From NCBI GenBank assembly GCA_014905635.1, contig JABVCE010000027.1, forward strand, positions 62,001-126,000: a DNA stretch of 64,000 bases, in the 5' to 3' direction. The translations under genes and the position numbers were made by a program. Numbering within the stretch: position 1 is the stretch's first letter; each line of letters opens with the position of its first letter. This DNA comes from Scenedesmus sp. PABB004. Lineage: Eukaryota. Of the stretch, positions 53,601-64,000 are shown piece by piece. A model generated the notes under the pieces. It was given only the letters and a program-made list of their open reading frames with translations. It was not told where the DNA came from and ran no database searches.

Positions 53601-55079
53601 GGGGCGTGCTGCAAGGTGGAGGTGGTGGTGGACCCCGACGACGTGCCGGACGTGGGTCTTGTCAAGCGCCTGGTCGGGCCCAACAGCATCAGCATCGGCG
53701 CCGCGTTCACGTACGAGCTCACCGTGACGGTGCTGAAGGGCCTGGCCGGCGCGGACGACGTTGTCGTCGTGGACAGCCTGCCGACCGGGCTGGTCTTTGA
53801 CACCACGTCGCTGGACCTCTCAGGTGCGCGGCGCCCCGCGTGGCTGGCTGGCCGCGCCCTCCCTCGTGCGGCCGCGCGCGCGTGCAGTGACCAACCCCGC
53901 TGCGCCGCGCCCCTGCCCCGCAGTGTGCCGGCCCTCTGGGCAGGAGCTCACGTGCAGCCTGGGCTCCATGGCCTACAAGGAGGCGCGCACCATCAGCTTC
54001 AGGGCGGTCGCGCAGATCGCTGGCCGCTTCATCAACGCGGCAAGCGTGAAGGCCGCCGTGGATGCTGACCCCACCAACAACGCGGCCAAGGCACCCGGTG
54101 CCATTGTGATGGTGCGCGCGCTGCGCTGCACAGACCCTTGCGTGCAGCCGCCCCCGGGTGCACGATGCGCACCCGCCCTTGCGCGCCGTACCCGCTCCCG
54201 CCGCTGCGTGGGCGCAAGCTGACCGCACGGCTGTTTGTGCGCCCGCCTTCGCAGGGCGCGTGCTGCATCAGCGGCCGCCCGAGCGTGCGCAGCCAGGCGA
54301 GCTGCACGCGCGCTGGTGGCATCTTTTTCAACACCAAGAACAGCACCACCGTGCCGTCGTGCATCGCACTGCTGCCGCTCGACCAGCGCCCTGGCGCATG
54401 CTGCAAGGCCGACGGCGGCTGCAGCATCGAGCTGCGCGCTGACTGCGCAGGCGCGGGCCGCAACTGGAAGGTGGGTGAGCGCTGCTTCAAGAGGACCTGC
54501 CCCAAGCCCATGGGCGCGTGCTGCTACAGCGCCATGGGGTGGTGCAAGCAGACCACCAAGGACGAGTGCCTGGGCACGTGGAGCCAGGGCAAGCGCTGCG
54601 GCGAGGACATCTGCCCCCCCGTGTGTGTGTCGTCCTTCCAGCCCTGCACGCCCGGCGGCACGCGCTGCTGCGCGGGCGGCGTGTGCAGCGAGGTGCCTCC
54701 CGCCTTCCCCGGCAGCCCCGTCACGCACGCCTGCCAGCCCGCCGCCAAGTGCGGGCTGGTGAACTCGCCCTGCGGCGCCTGCGACGGTGGCGTGGCCTGC
54801 TGCGCCGGCCTGGAGTGCCGCTACGACTTTGCCTCCAAGTCGGGCAGCTGCCAGCCGCCCCCCGCCTGCAAGTCCGCGGGCAGCGCGTGCGGCGGCGACG
54901 GCGAGTGCTGCCGCGCCAACCGCTGCGGGCAGGACAAGAAGGTCAAGGCGCTCTCGCCGGCCGACTGCAACAAGACCTGCGGCGCGGACTACGCGTGCGA
55001 GACGGAGCGCCAGCGCGACTGCGCTGCGCTGCAGCTCGCGCTGACGTGCTCCAAGGCCGAGTCCAAGCGCCAGGCGTGA
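8639..55079 (+). CDS. Gene B: giant tandem paralog of gene A, ~183 exons, predicted ~7,400 aa. 5' exons 8639-8866, 9012-9189, 9289-9499; ~175 short (SP)n exons in 9597-51918; 3' exons 52057-52808, 52918-53096, 53220-53823, 53924-54111, 54255-55079
   Basis: The N-terminal exons (signal peptide, [12 protein letters not shown]...[12 protein letters not shown]) and C-terminal exons (...[14 protein letters not shown]) match gene A with the same intron positions. All intervening repeat units read AG|GTGAG...GGCTCAC...CCGCAG|C. Five units in 42.7-45.9 kb are frameshifted in this assembly. Confidence 0.75.
9500..22975 (+). repeat. Complex exon-intron tandem array: 52 introns in 4 sequence families (97-104 nt x6, 111 nt x14, 104 nt x16, 161 nt x16), with higher-order periods of 346, 523, 868 and 285 bp
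   Basis: Donor positions recur, e.g. 9681/10027 (346), 18920/19443/19966/20489/21012 (523), 16316/17184/18052/18920 (868) and 21881/22166/22451 (285). All exons I checked (54-270 nt) are multiples of 3. Confidence 0.9.
22976..52056 (+). repeat. 231-bp tandem array of 124 units (138-nt intron + 93-nt exon encoding [31 protein letters not shown]), with length variants of 243-267 bp
   Basis: The first intron is 22976-23113 and the first exon 23114-23206. The ORF track shows exact 231-bp periodicity from 24386 to 42635, with variants after 42635. Confidence 0.95.
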
Positions 55080-55379
55080 GCTGGTGTGCTTGGCGCGCCG
55101 CGCAGAGCTGCGGCTCTGCGCGGCGGCAATAAATGGGTTGCCACGCCCAGGCCGGCGGCTGCCACAGGGGCTCACTCGCCTGGGGCGGTCGCCGGCCGCC
55201 GCCGAGCGCGTGCGCACCTGTGCGCAGGCCGGCGAGCGCCCGCTACACGCGGCGCACACGTTGTTTGTGGTATGATGGATAAACACAACCTGCCGTTGTC
55301 TGCGTTGTCGCCCGCCGTCCGAGGCTCGACGCGCCCCTTGCATGCATCCCCATGTCGTATTGCTGCGCAGCTGCTGCCA

Positions 55380-55442
55380 TACACACACACACACATACAC
55401 GCACACACATACACTCACTCACTCGCTCACTCACTCACTCAC
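55380..55442. repeat. (CA)n/(CACT)n microsatellite
   Basis: tacacacacacacacatacacgcacacatacactcactcactcgctcactcactcactcac. Confidence 0.85.
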
Positions 55443-55462
55443 CCCACCTGAGTACTTAAGTA

Positions 55463-56258
55463 CCAACCACTCGGTCAGCTAGGGGCCACGTGCACATGCG
55501 GCGGCGCGGCTCGGGCGCCGGTGGCTGTCACCCAGGGGCCACGTGCACATGCGGCGGCGCGGCTCGGGCGCCAGCCGCGGTCACGTGGTGCCACCCCTGA
55601 AGCTAAGCCTACCTTATGCACCAACCACTACGAGTGCGTAGCTAGGGGCCACGTGCACATGCGGCGGCGCGGCTCGGGCGCCGGTCGCGGTCACCCAGGG
55701 GCCACGTGCACATGCGGCGGCGCGGCTCGGGCGCCAGCCGCGGTCACGTGGTGCCACCCTTGAAGCTAAGCCTACCTTATGCACCAACCACTACGAGTGC
55801 GTAGCTAGGGGCCACGTGCACATGCGGCGGCGCGGCTCGGGCGCCGGTCGCTGTCACCCAGGGGCCACGTGCACATGCGGCGGCGCGGCTCGGGCGCCAG
55901 CCGCGGTCACGTGGTGCCACCCCTGAAGCTAAGCCTACCTTATGCACCAACCACTACGAGTGCGTAGCTAGGGGCCACGTGCACATGCGGCGGCGCGGCT
56001 CGGGCGCCGGTCGCTGTCACCCAGGGGCCACGTGCACATGCGGCGGCGCGGCTCGGGCGCCAGCCGCGGTCACGTGGTGCCACCCTTGAAGCTAAGCCTA
56101 CCTTATGCACCAACCACTACGAGTGCGTAGCTAGGGGCCACGTGCACATGCGGCGGCGCGGCTCGGGCGCCGGTCGCGGTCACCCAGGGGCCACGTGCAC
56201 ATGCGGCGGCGCGGCTCGGGCGCCAGCCGCGGTCACGTGGTGCCACCCTAAAGCCTAC
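55463..56258. repeat. 163-bp tandem repeat, ~5 copies; each unit has an internal duplicated 39-bp element and three CACGTG palindromes
   Basis: CCAACCACT starts at 55463, 55621, 55784, 55947 and 56110. AGGGGCCACGTGCACATGCGGCGGCGCGGCTCGGGCGCC occurs twice per unit. Confidence 0.95.
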
Positions 56259-57047
56259 CGTATGAATATGGATATGGTTCTGAATAAACGCGCGGCAGCT
56301 GGTCACGAGGCCCTCGTGCAATGCTCATGATTGCGGCGGCGCCAATGGCACAGCACGCGCGCGCCGTATTGCCAGCCGCCTTGCGGCAGAGTCGGCTCGT
56401 ATTGCTGCCCTGGCCGCACTGCTCATCGCAACAACAACACTGTTCAACAGTGGTGTTGGCGACGAGCACTCTTGTGCGAGCGTGTGCGCGCGGGCTCCTC
56501 CGCGCGCGGGGTCAGCCCCTCAGGTTTCCAATCACGGGTGGGCGGGCAGGCAGCACATCAACCGGGCGCCCCTTGCCCTTTGCGGCACGCACCCACCTCT
56601 GGTGCAAAGGGCGTCTGGTGGTCTGGTCACAGCTAGGTAGGCGTTGAACAGCCACGCTGTCCGTGCGTCACCCTCTCTACAACTTCAAACTGTCCGTCTG
56701 CGAGAGTGTGTTTGTAGAGGCCTGTAGGGGGAGGGAGGTGGCGCCGCCGGCTGGCCCGGGACGGCGTCGACCTTTGAGGATCGGGCGGGTAATAAGCGAT
56801 GCCGAGCCCCGCGTGTGCGGTTTCCGTGGGGGTTTCAGCAGCCGCGCGCGTCGTGAACCGCACGCGGTTCAGGCTCAGCCGCCGGGCCAGGGCTCAGGGG
56901 CTGCTGAGCAGGGCCTGCGCGCCACCGCGTGCCTGCCGCTCGCAGCAGCAACAGCGCAGCGGCGCCAGCGCCGATGGCAGCGCGCTGCCGCGGCAGCGCA
57001 GCGTGAGCAGCGGCGGCGCGCGGCGGGCGGCCGCGCGCAGCAGCCCC

Positions 57048-58843
57048 ATGCGCGGCCACGGCAGCCTGCAGGCGCTGCTGGGAAAGCGCCCAGGCACCAA
57101 GCAGCGCCGCCAGGACGACGAGGAGGGCGCAGCGGCGGCGGCGCCGTCAGCGCCGTGGAAGAAGCCCAGGGCGGCTGCAGGCGCGCAGGGTGGTGCCGGG
57201 GGGCTGGTGATCGCTTTCGCACGCTGGGGGCGTCGGTCCCGACCCGCTGGCGCGCCGTCGGCCGCAGGCGGCGAGGCGGGCGGCAAGAGCAGCGGCGCCG
57301 CCACGCGCAAGCTGACCGCGTACTTCAAGCCCTCGCCCAAGGCGCCCCCCAACCCGCTGACGGAGCAGCCCTGGCTGGCGCAGCAGCAGCCGAGCGGGCG
57401 CGCCGAGCCCGAGCTGCGCACGGCGCCCCCGCCGGTGCCGGCGCCGGCGCCAGCGGCGGCGTACGTGCTGCTCACGCGCTGCGTGGGCCGCCGCGCGGCG
57501 CGCGGCGAGCGCGGCGGCGCGCCGACCATGGGCGAGGAGCTGCTGCTGCACCGCGAGCCCGCCAACCCGGTCGATCCCTGCGCCATCCTCGTGCGCCGCG
57601 GCGTTGACCGCCACCCGCGTGGCGCCTGCCCGCGCGCGCCCCCCACGCGCCGACGGACTCACTCCCCCGCTGCTGCGCCCCGCCGCAACGCAGGTGTGCA
57701 GCCGCAGCGGGCGCGGCGGCGCGCTGCGGGCGCTGGGCCACCTGCCCGCCAGCGTGGCGGCCCACCTGGCGGGGGCGCTGGACGCGGGGCTGCTCGACGC
57801 CAGTGCGCGCGCGGTGGCGGCGCAGCAGCCCGGCTGCGGCGACGATGACGAGGGTGACGGCAGCTGCGATGACGACGACGGCGATGGCTCGCCGCCCGCG
57901 TGGCCGCCGGCGGCCGGCAGCAGCGGCGGCCCTGCGCGCCCGTCCGGCAGCGGCCGGACGGGCTGGCACGTCCAGGCGACGCTGCGGCCCGTGCCCAGCG
58001 CTGCGGCAAGCCAGGGCGGCGTGCCGCTCGCGGCGGCGCTTGAGGCGGCGGTGGCGGCGGGCGCGGCGGCGCTGGAGCGGGGCCAGCACAGCGGCGCGGT
58101 GCTCGCGGCAGCGTTTGAACACATTCTGGCCGAGGCGCGGGCATACGACCTGCACCTGCTGGACCCAGAGGAGCAGGCTGCCCTGGCGGCCATGCAGGCG
58201 CGCCGCGCGAGCGTCCGTGCGCAGGCCGCTGCGTGCTGCCGCGCCGCCGCCGCCAACCCAGCCGCCGCTGCCGCCGCCGCCGCCGCAGGCGGTGCCGCCG
58301 CCCGCGCGTGCGCTGCTGCTGCGCCTGCTGCTGCGCAAGCGCACCTGGTTTGCGGTGGAGGCCCTGCACTGCTACGACGAGGTCCCGCAGCCGGCAGAGG
58401 CGGCGGAAGCGCTGGCGGCGGCGGGGCTGGCGTCCTGGAGCACCGAGCGCGGCGCCGACCTGCGCAGCCTGCTGCCGCACCTTTCGGTGCCCGTGCTGCG
58501 CCGCGTGCTGGGCGTGCTGCTGCCGCGCGGCCACCCGGCGCTCGTGTCGGCCGGCAGCGCGGCGGCCGGCGGCGGCGGTGCCAAGGCGGCGCTTCTGGCG
58601 AGCATGCCGGTGCGTGGCGCTGCCTCCGGGCCGCTGCCCGCGGGCGCCGCGTGGGCCCCCGTGCCTGCGCCGCCGCCCACCGCCGCGCCGCGCCCGCAGG
58701 CGAGCATCCCGCGCGAGAAGCTGGCGGCCGCAGTCGCCGGCGCGGCGGGGCGCTGGCTCCGCGTGGCGCCGGGCGTGGCGGCAACGTTTGGCCGCCTTCA
58801 GCACCTCTACTTCCTGGCACCCGGGCAGGACCTCAGCATGTGC

Positions 58844-58877
<34 letters not shown>

Positions 58878-61295
58878 GGCCGCCGCCTCTCGCGCGGCGC
58901 AGCTGCCGCGCGCGCGCTTGGCGCCCCGCCCCGCCCCGACCGCCGCCCGCGGCGCGCGCGCAGGTTCCTGGCGGTCGACCGCGGCGCGCTGCGGTACCCG
59001 CGCTACGCTGTGGCCCGCGCCACGCCCGTCTTCGTCGACCGCGCCGCGCTGCTGGCGTACGAGCAGGCGCTGGGCCTCGTGGCGCAGGTCGACGCGGCGC
59101 TGGAGGTGCGGCGCAGCGCCCGGGCGTGGCCGCCCGCGCCGGCGTGCGCGCGCCCGGCGTGCCCGGCCTCCGTGCTGGTCGGCTCGTGGTGCCGCAGCTC
59201 AGCCCGCGCCTGCGCCGCGGCGCGCCGCACCCCAGGGGGGTGATCACGAGCGGGCGTGGGCGCTGCTGCAGCCGGCGCTGCAGGCGCTGCGCGAGGGGAG
59301 CCACAAGGCGATTGCTTGGGACGGCGATGCGAACGGCTGCTTGGAGATGCCAAACCCGCCGTCGCCGGCTGCGGCGGCGACGGTCACACAGCAGGCGCAG
59401 CAGGCGCAGCAGCAGGCGCAGCAGCAGGCGCAGCAGCAAGGAGCGCAGCATGCAGGACAGCACGAGGCAGACGGCCGGGCGCTGAGCCTGCTCCAGGAGC
59501 TGCGCAGCCCCAGCCCCCGGCCGGCGTTCAGCGTGTGCAGCCCCAACCACAAGCGCAGCCCCTGCCCCAGCCCCAGCAGCGACTCGCCGGGCAGCCCGGC
59601 GCTGAGCGGCGCGAGCTGGGCGAGCTGGGCGAGCGGCGCCAGCAGCAGCCACAGCCGCAGCAGCGCCGGCGCCAGCAGCAGCACCTCCGGCAGCGGCTCG
59701 CCGCGATACGCTCGGCGCACCGGGGCCGTCACGGCGCCGACGGCGGCGGGGCCGGAGCTCGCTGCGCTGCCTGCCGCTGCGCAGCCGGCGGCCCACCAGC
59801 CCGCGGCCGCGCCGCCCGCGCTGCGGCGCGTCGGCCGGCCGCTGTTCCTGGCGCGCTTTTGCGCGGGGTGGGTGCACGCGAGCCTGGGCACCGTCGCTGC
59901 CAGCCTGCTTGAGAAGCAGAAGCGCTGGGCCGAGGCGGCCGACCTGCTGCGCCTGCTGCTGGGCGGCAACGCGTGCGTGGCGCGGCGCGGTGAGTGGTGG
60001 GCGCGGCTGGCGACGGACCTGGAGCACCAGGGCCTGGCGGAGGAGGCCCTGGAGGTGCGGCGCTGTATCGCGGGGCTGCCGCGCGCACCAACGCCGCCGC
60101 GCGCGGGGCGCGGTCCGCGCGCGCCGCCCGCCCGGCGGCCGCGCGCCCACGCCCGGCCGCGCCCTGCCGCCCGCCCGCGCGGGGCGCCCGCGCAGGCCAC
60201 CGAGGCGGCGCTGGCGGACGCGTGGGTGCGCTGGGGCGACCGGCTCGGGCTGCAGCGCCGCGCGCTGCGCCTGGGCAAGCCGCCGCGGCGCTGGCGGCGC
60301 CCCGCGTGGGCGACCGCGGCGGAGTGGGAGCCGCGCGAGGTGGTGCTGCATGCGCGCCCGCTGCAGAACACGACGGGCCTCAAGAGCAGGTTGGCCGCCC
60401 CGCGGCCAACGCGCGCCCGGGGCGGGGCGCCGGCGCCGGCGCGCACGCGACGCCACGGCCGCGCAGGGCCGCCCCGCCCCGCCGCCTGAACGCCCTGCGG
60501 CGGGTGCCGCCGCCGCCGCCGCACAGGTTTTACAGCCCCAGCGGCGACCAGGTCACCGTGGAGGAGCTCGCGCTTGCACACTACGCCTCGCCCGAGGGCG
60601 GCGGCTGGCGCGGGCTGCACAGCGAGGGCGGCGTGTGGAGCTGCCTCTTCGGGCTGCTGCTGTGGGACCAGATTTTCATGGGTGCGCAGCGCAGCGGCGC
60701 GGACTGCGGACTGCGGACCGGGGCAGGGGCAGGGGCGGGGGCTTCGGCGCGGCCGGGCGGGCGGGCGCGCGGGCCCACGCCGCCGCCGCGCTGCCGACGC
60801 GGTGCCGCCGGCCCCCGCCCCGCCCCGCACGCGCGCAGGCGGCGTGCCGGACGTGCTGCGCAGCCCCTTTCAGACCGCGCCGCTGGACCTTGACAGCGAC
60901 GCCTTTTACGCCGCGCGCGCGGCGGTGCTGGACCAGCAGCTCTGCGCGATCGCCGACGGCCAGGCCGGTGCGCGTGGCCGCACTGCGCGGAGGGGCCGGG
61001 CGCGCCTGGACCGCGCCGCTCACCGCCCCGCGCGATGCGCCGCCCCGCGCCGCGCCGCGCGCAGGCGCGATCCTGCGGCGCGTCTGGGCGGCGCACGCGG
61101 GCGAGCTCGCGCGCGGCGTGGCGTGGCAGCGCTTTGCGCTGGACGAGCTGCTGCAGATTGTTGACTGCGTGGGCGGGCTGGGCCTGGCGGGCGTGTTGCG
61201 CCTCATGGCGGAGGACCACGCCGGCGCCCAGGGTGCGGCGCCGTTGTACGCGCGCGCGGCGCTGGCCGCCGCCTCGCGCACGCGGCTCACGCGCC

Positions 61296-61326
<31 letters not shown>

Positions 61327-61549
61327 GTGCGCGCCAGGCGGCCTGCCCGACCTGCTGCTGTGGCGCCCGGCCGACCGCGCGGCGCGCGCTGTGGAGGTCA
61401 AGGGCCCGCGCGACCGCCTGAGCCACCAGCAGCGCTTCTGGCTGTCCCAGATGGCGGCGAGTGAGATCGAGGTGGAGGTCTGCAAGGTCAAGCCACCGCC
61501 AGAGGCCGCGGCGGCCGGCCGGCGGGGCGGCCGCGGCCGCAGCCGCTAA
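57048..61549 (+). CDS. FAN1: Fanconi-associated nuclease 1 homolog (HIRAN-like domain + VRR-NUC), multi-exon
   Basis: The N-terminus MRGHGSLQALLGKR resembles the plant FAN1 start (recalled). Other motifs: HIRAN-like GEELLLHREPANPVDPCAILV; LLLRLLLRKRTWF; RRGEWWARLATDLEH; VTVEELALAHY..GGWRGLHSEGGVWSCLFGLLLWD; SPFQTAPLDL; and the PD-(D/E)xK nuclease motif GGLPDLLLW...VEVKGPRDRLSHQQRFWL. TAA at 61547-61549. Some internal splice sites are uncertain. Confidence 0.92.
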
Positions 61550-62172
61550 CGGGGGGGGGGGGGGGGGAGGCGGGAGGCGCCCGCTGCGACACGCGGGCGC
61601 AACAGGGGGGAGGGGCGGGCGGGCGGCCGGCGGCGCGCGTACGCAGTTGAGCGGGCAGGGTGCTGGCGTGGGGCTGGTCGGCGCGGGCGGGAGCCGCCGT
61701 CGGCGCCCGCGCTGGCTGGCTGGCTGCAACAACCCGAGTTGCTCCCCGGCGGCTGTCGGCGATCCTAGACGTTTTCTTACCTCGCGGCCTGCCCCGCCGC
61801 CTGCCGCTGTCGCTGCCAGCCCCCCCCCCCCCCTAATCTACGCCAAACCGACGAGGGTCGCCGCACGCCCGGGTGTGCAGATGAAAGCCCCCGCCGCCGC
61901 GCGCCCCGCATCATCCGGGGGCGCCGCCGCCGCCGCCGCCGTCATCGGCGACCGATTGTCAGTGCGTTGTATGGTCTCGCGAGCTCCGTCGCTGCCCGCC
62001 CGCCGCCCGTCGTCGTCGCCGCCGTCAAGGGGGTGTCAAAGGGGTGCTGTCGTGTGGCGCCCCGCCCCGCCCCGCCCCGCCCCGCCGCCGCCGGGCCCGC
62101 CCCGCCCCGGCCCGGCCCGCCCGTTCCGCGCGCGCCGCCGGCGCCGCGGCGCTCGCTCGCGCCCGCGCGCGC

Positions 62173-64000
62173 TTACTTGCCGCCGCCGCTGCCCACGAGT
62201 GCGCGCAGCTGCGTCGCGAGCGCGCTGTCAGTCGCGAGCACCGCCTGCAGGCCCTTGATGAGCCCCTCCTTGCCCTCGCCCGTCGCGACCATGTCGCGCA
62301 CGAGCCGCGCCGCCGCCTGGCTGCGCAGCGCCTTGAGCTCCACCGCGATCTGCGCCTTGCCGCCGGGCGACTCGGCCCACGCCAGCAGCGCCGCGTCGCT
62401 CGCGAGCAGCGCCTCGTACAGGCTGCCCACGTCGCCGCCCGCCGCGGCCGCCGCGGCGGCCGCCGCCGCCGCCGCGACCGCGGGCGCCGCGCCGCCGCCG
62501 CTGCCGGCGCCGCCGGGCGCGCCGCCGCCGCCGCCGCCGGCCGCGGCGCTGCTGCCCCACGCGAGCTCGTCGTGCAGCCCGCTGCCGGCCATGCTGCTCC
62601 ACGCGCGCACCATCGCGATCGCCTGGCGGCGGCTGATGCTCACGTCGGTGCTCGCGACGTGCCGGATCAGCCCCTCCTCGGTGAGGCGGCGCTTGAGGCG
62701 CAGCGCGAAGAACCGCCGCGCCTCGCGCCAGGGCACCACGCCGGAGAGCACGCCCTTGGCGTACATGCGCGCGGGCGTGTCGTGCATGTCGGCGAAGCGC
62801 AGCGCCATCTGCTGGTACGCCGGCAGCAGCGCCTTCTCGCGCGCGCGGATCGCGGCGTCCGCCATCGCGCCGCCCGCGGCCTTGTGGCGCCGGATGACCG
62901 GGTCCAGCCTGCGCACGCGTGAAACGGGGCGGGGAGCGAGGGGAGCGAGGGGAGCGAGGGGAGTGAGAGGAGGGCGAGCGAGCGCGGCGGCGGCGCGCGC
63001 GTGCGCGAGGAAAGGGGCAGGCGCCGCGCCGCGCGGCAGCCCTGCGCGCCTTGCCGCCCCGCTGCCCCTCTGCTCCCCCCTCCCTCCGCCCGGCACCCAC
63101 GCGGCACACCCACACCCAGTCAAGCGCCGCGCACCTGTGCATCGTCGCGAGCAGGTCGCGCTCGCGGTACTTGATCTCCACGACGCCCTCGGGCTCGAGC
63201 ACGCCGCCGCGGGCGCGCGGGTCGGCAAACGTCTCGATGTGCGTCGGGTTGATCTGTGTGGTGGGTGGGGGAGGAGGGGCGGGGCTCAGGGCTCAGGGCT
63301 CGGGGCTTATCAGGGCTTGTCAGGGCTCGGGGCGCTCGCGGGCGCGGGCTGGCCGGCGCCACGCGGGGGAGGGAGCGAAGGAGGGGCGGCAACGCAACGC
63401 AGGGCTGCCGCCGCCGCGGGCTGCCGCCGCCGCCGCGCGGGCTGGTGGTCTCGCTCCCACCCACCTGGCTGTCGACGACGACCCACGCGCCGCCGCGCAG
63501 CTCCGCGCCGCAGGGGATGTAGACAAACACGGGCTGCTTGTACACGCGGAGCTGCTCCACGATGAGGCTGCCCGCCTGCAGCACGCCATCAAACAGGTCG
63601 CGCTGCCCGCCCGCAAAGCCGCGCCAGTTGGCGAGGATGAAGAGCGGCAGGCCCTCGCGGTCAAACTCTTCGATCGCCTGCGCCGTCTTGTCGGCGCTGT
63701 CGGGGAACCACACCTGCGCGCGGGTGCGGGGGGCGGCGGGGCGCGACGGGGGCGGCGCCGAGGGGGGCGGTGAGAAGGGGGGGGGGGCGGTGAGGACGGG
63801 AGGGACGGCTGTGAGGAGGGGGCTGGCAAAGAGAGCAAGGGAGGGTGGAAGAGGGCACGGCGGCGCACAGGGCGCGCGGGCGGCGCGCGCACCTGGCCGG
63901 CCTGGGGGATGGAGGTCTCGCTGCTGTCCAGCATGCCGGGGTCGGCCGGCACCACGCGCGTCACCGTCTGCGGCGGCGAGCGGGGGACGGGGGCAGGCAG
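62173..64000 (-). CDS. ACC1: Homomeric (eukaryotic-type) acetyl-CoA carboxylase, 3' end (carboxyltransferase domain). Exons 63967-63893, 63713-63465, 63253-63135, 62908-62173; continues beyond the window
   Basis: [72 protein letters not shown]...[16 protein letters not shown]...[16 protein letters not shown]...[16 protein letters not shown] are canonical ACC CT-domain motifs. GT-AG introns; TAA at 62173-62175. Confidence 0.97.

Noticed and set aside
57048..61549. Causal link between FAN1 (a repeat-expansion modifier in mammals) and the adjacent expanded arrays
   Set aside because: FAN1 acts in trans and looks intact here. Adjacency gives no evidence of a mechanism.
63282..63332. (AGGGCTC)n-like run resembling an interstitial telomere
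   Set aside because: It is short and degenerate, is not TTTAGGG/TTTTAGGG, and lies in an ACC1 intron as ordinary low-complexity sequence.

Overview
Very GC-rich eukaryotic nuclear DNA with spliceosomal GT-AG introns. The chloroplast SRP43 gene, (Ser-Pro)n glycoprotein genes and GTGCGC/GTGAG...GCAG introns point to a chlorophycean green alga; this assignment is inference. Gene order: 3' part of cpSRP43 (+); gene A (1558-6680, 10 exons, 1351 aa), a secreted Cys-rich, (SP)n, DUF11-like protein; a duplication-junction relic made of FAN1 and cpSRP43 fragments; gene B (8639-55079), a tandem paralog of A; a 163-bp CACGTG-rich tandem repeat; FAN1 (+); and the 3' end of homomeric acetyl-CoA carboxylase (-). 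The main discovery is gene B. The ~42.5 kb that looks like satellite DNA is a tandem array of about 176 intron+exon units. Every intron is phase 2, sits inside an AG|C Ser codon and carries an immediate in-frame TGA. Spliced, the array predicts a ~7,400-aa protein with a ~6,300-residue Ser-Pro shaft between two Cys-rich ends. All counts and coordinates are by hand. Five frameshifted units and the exact copy number may be assembly artefacts.
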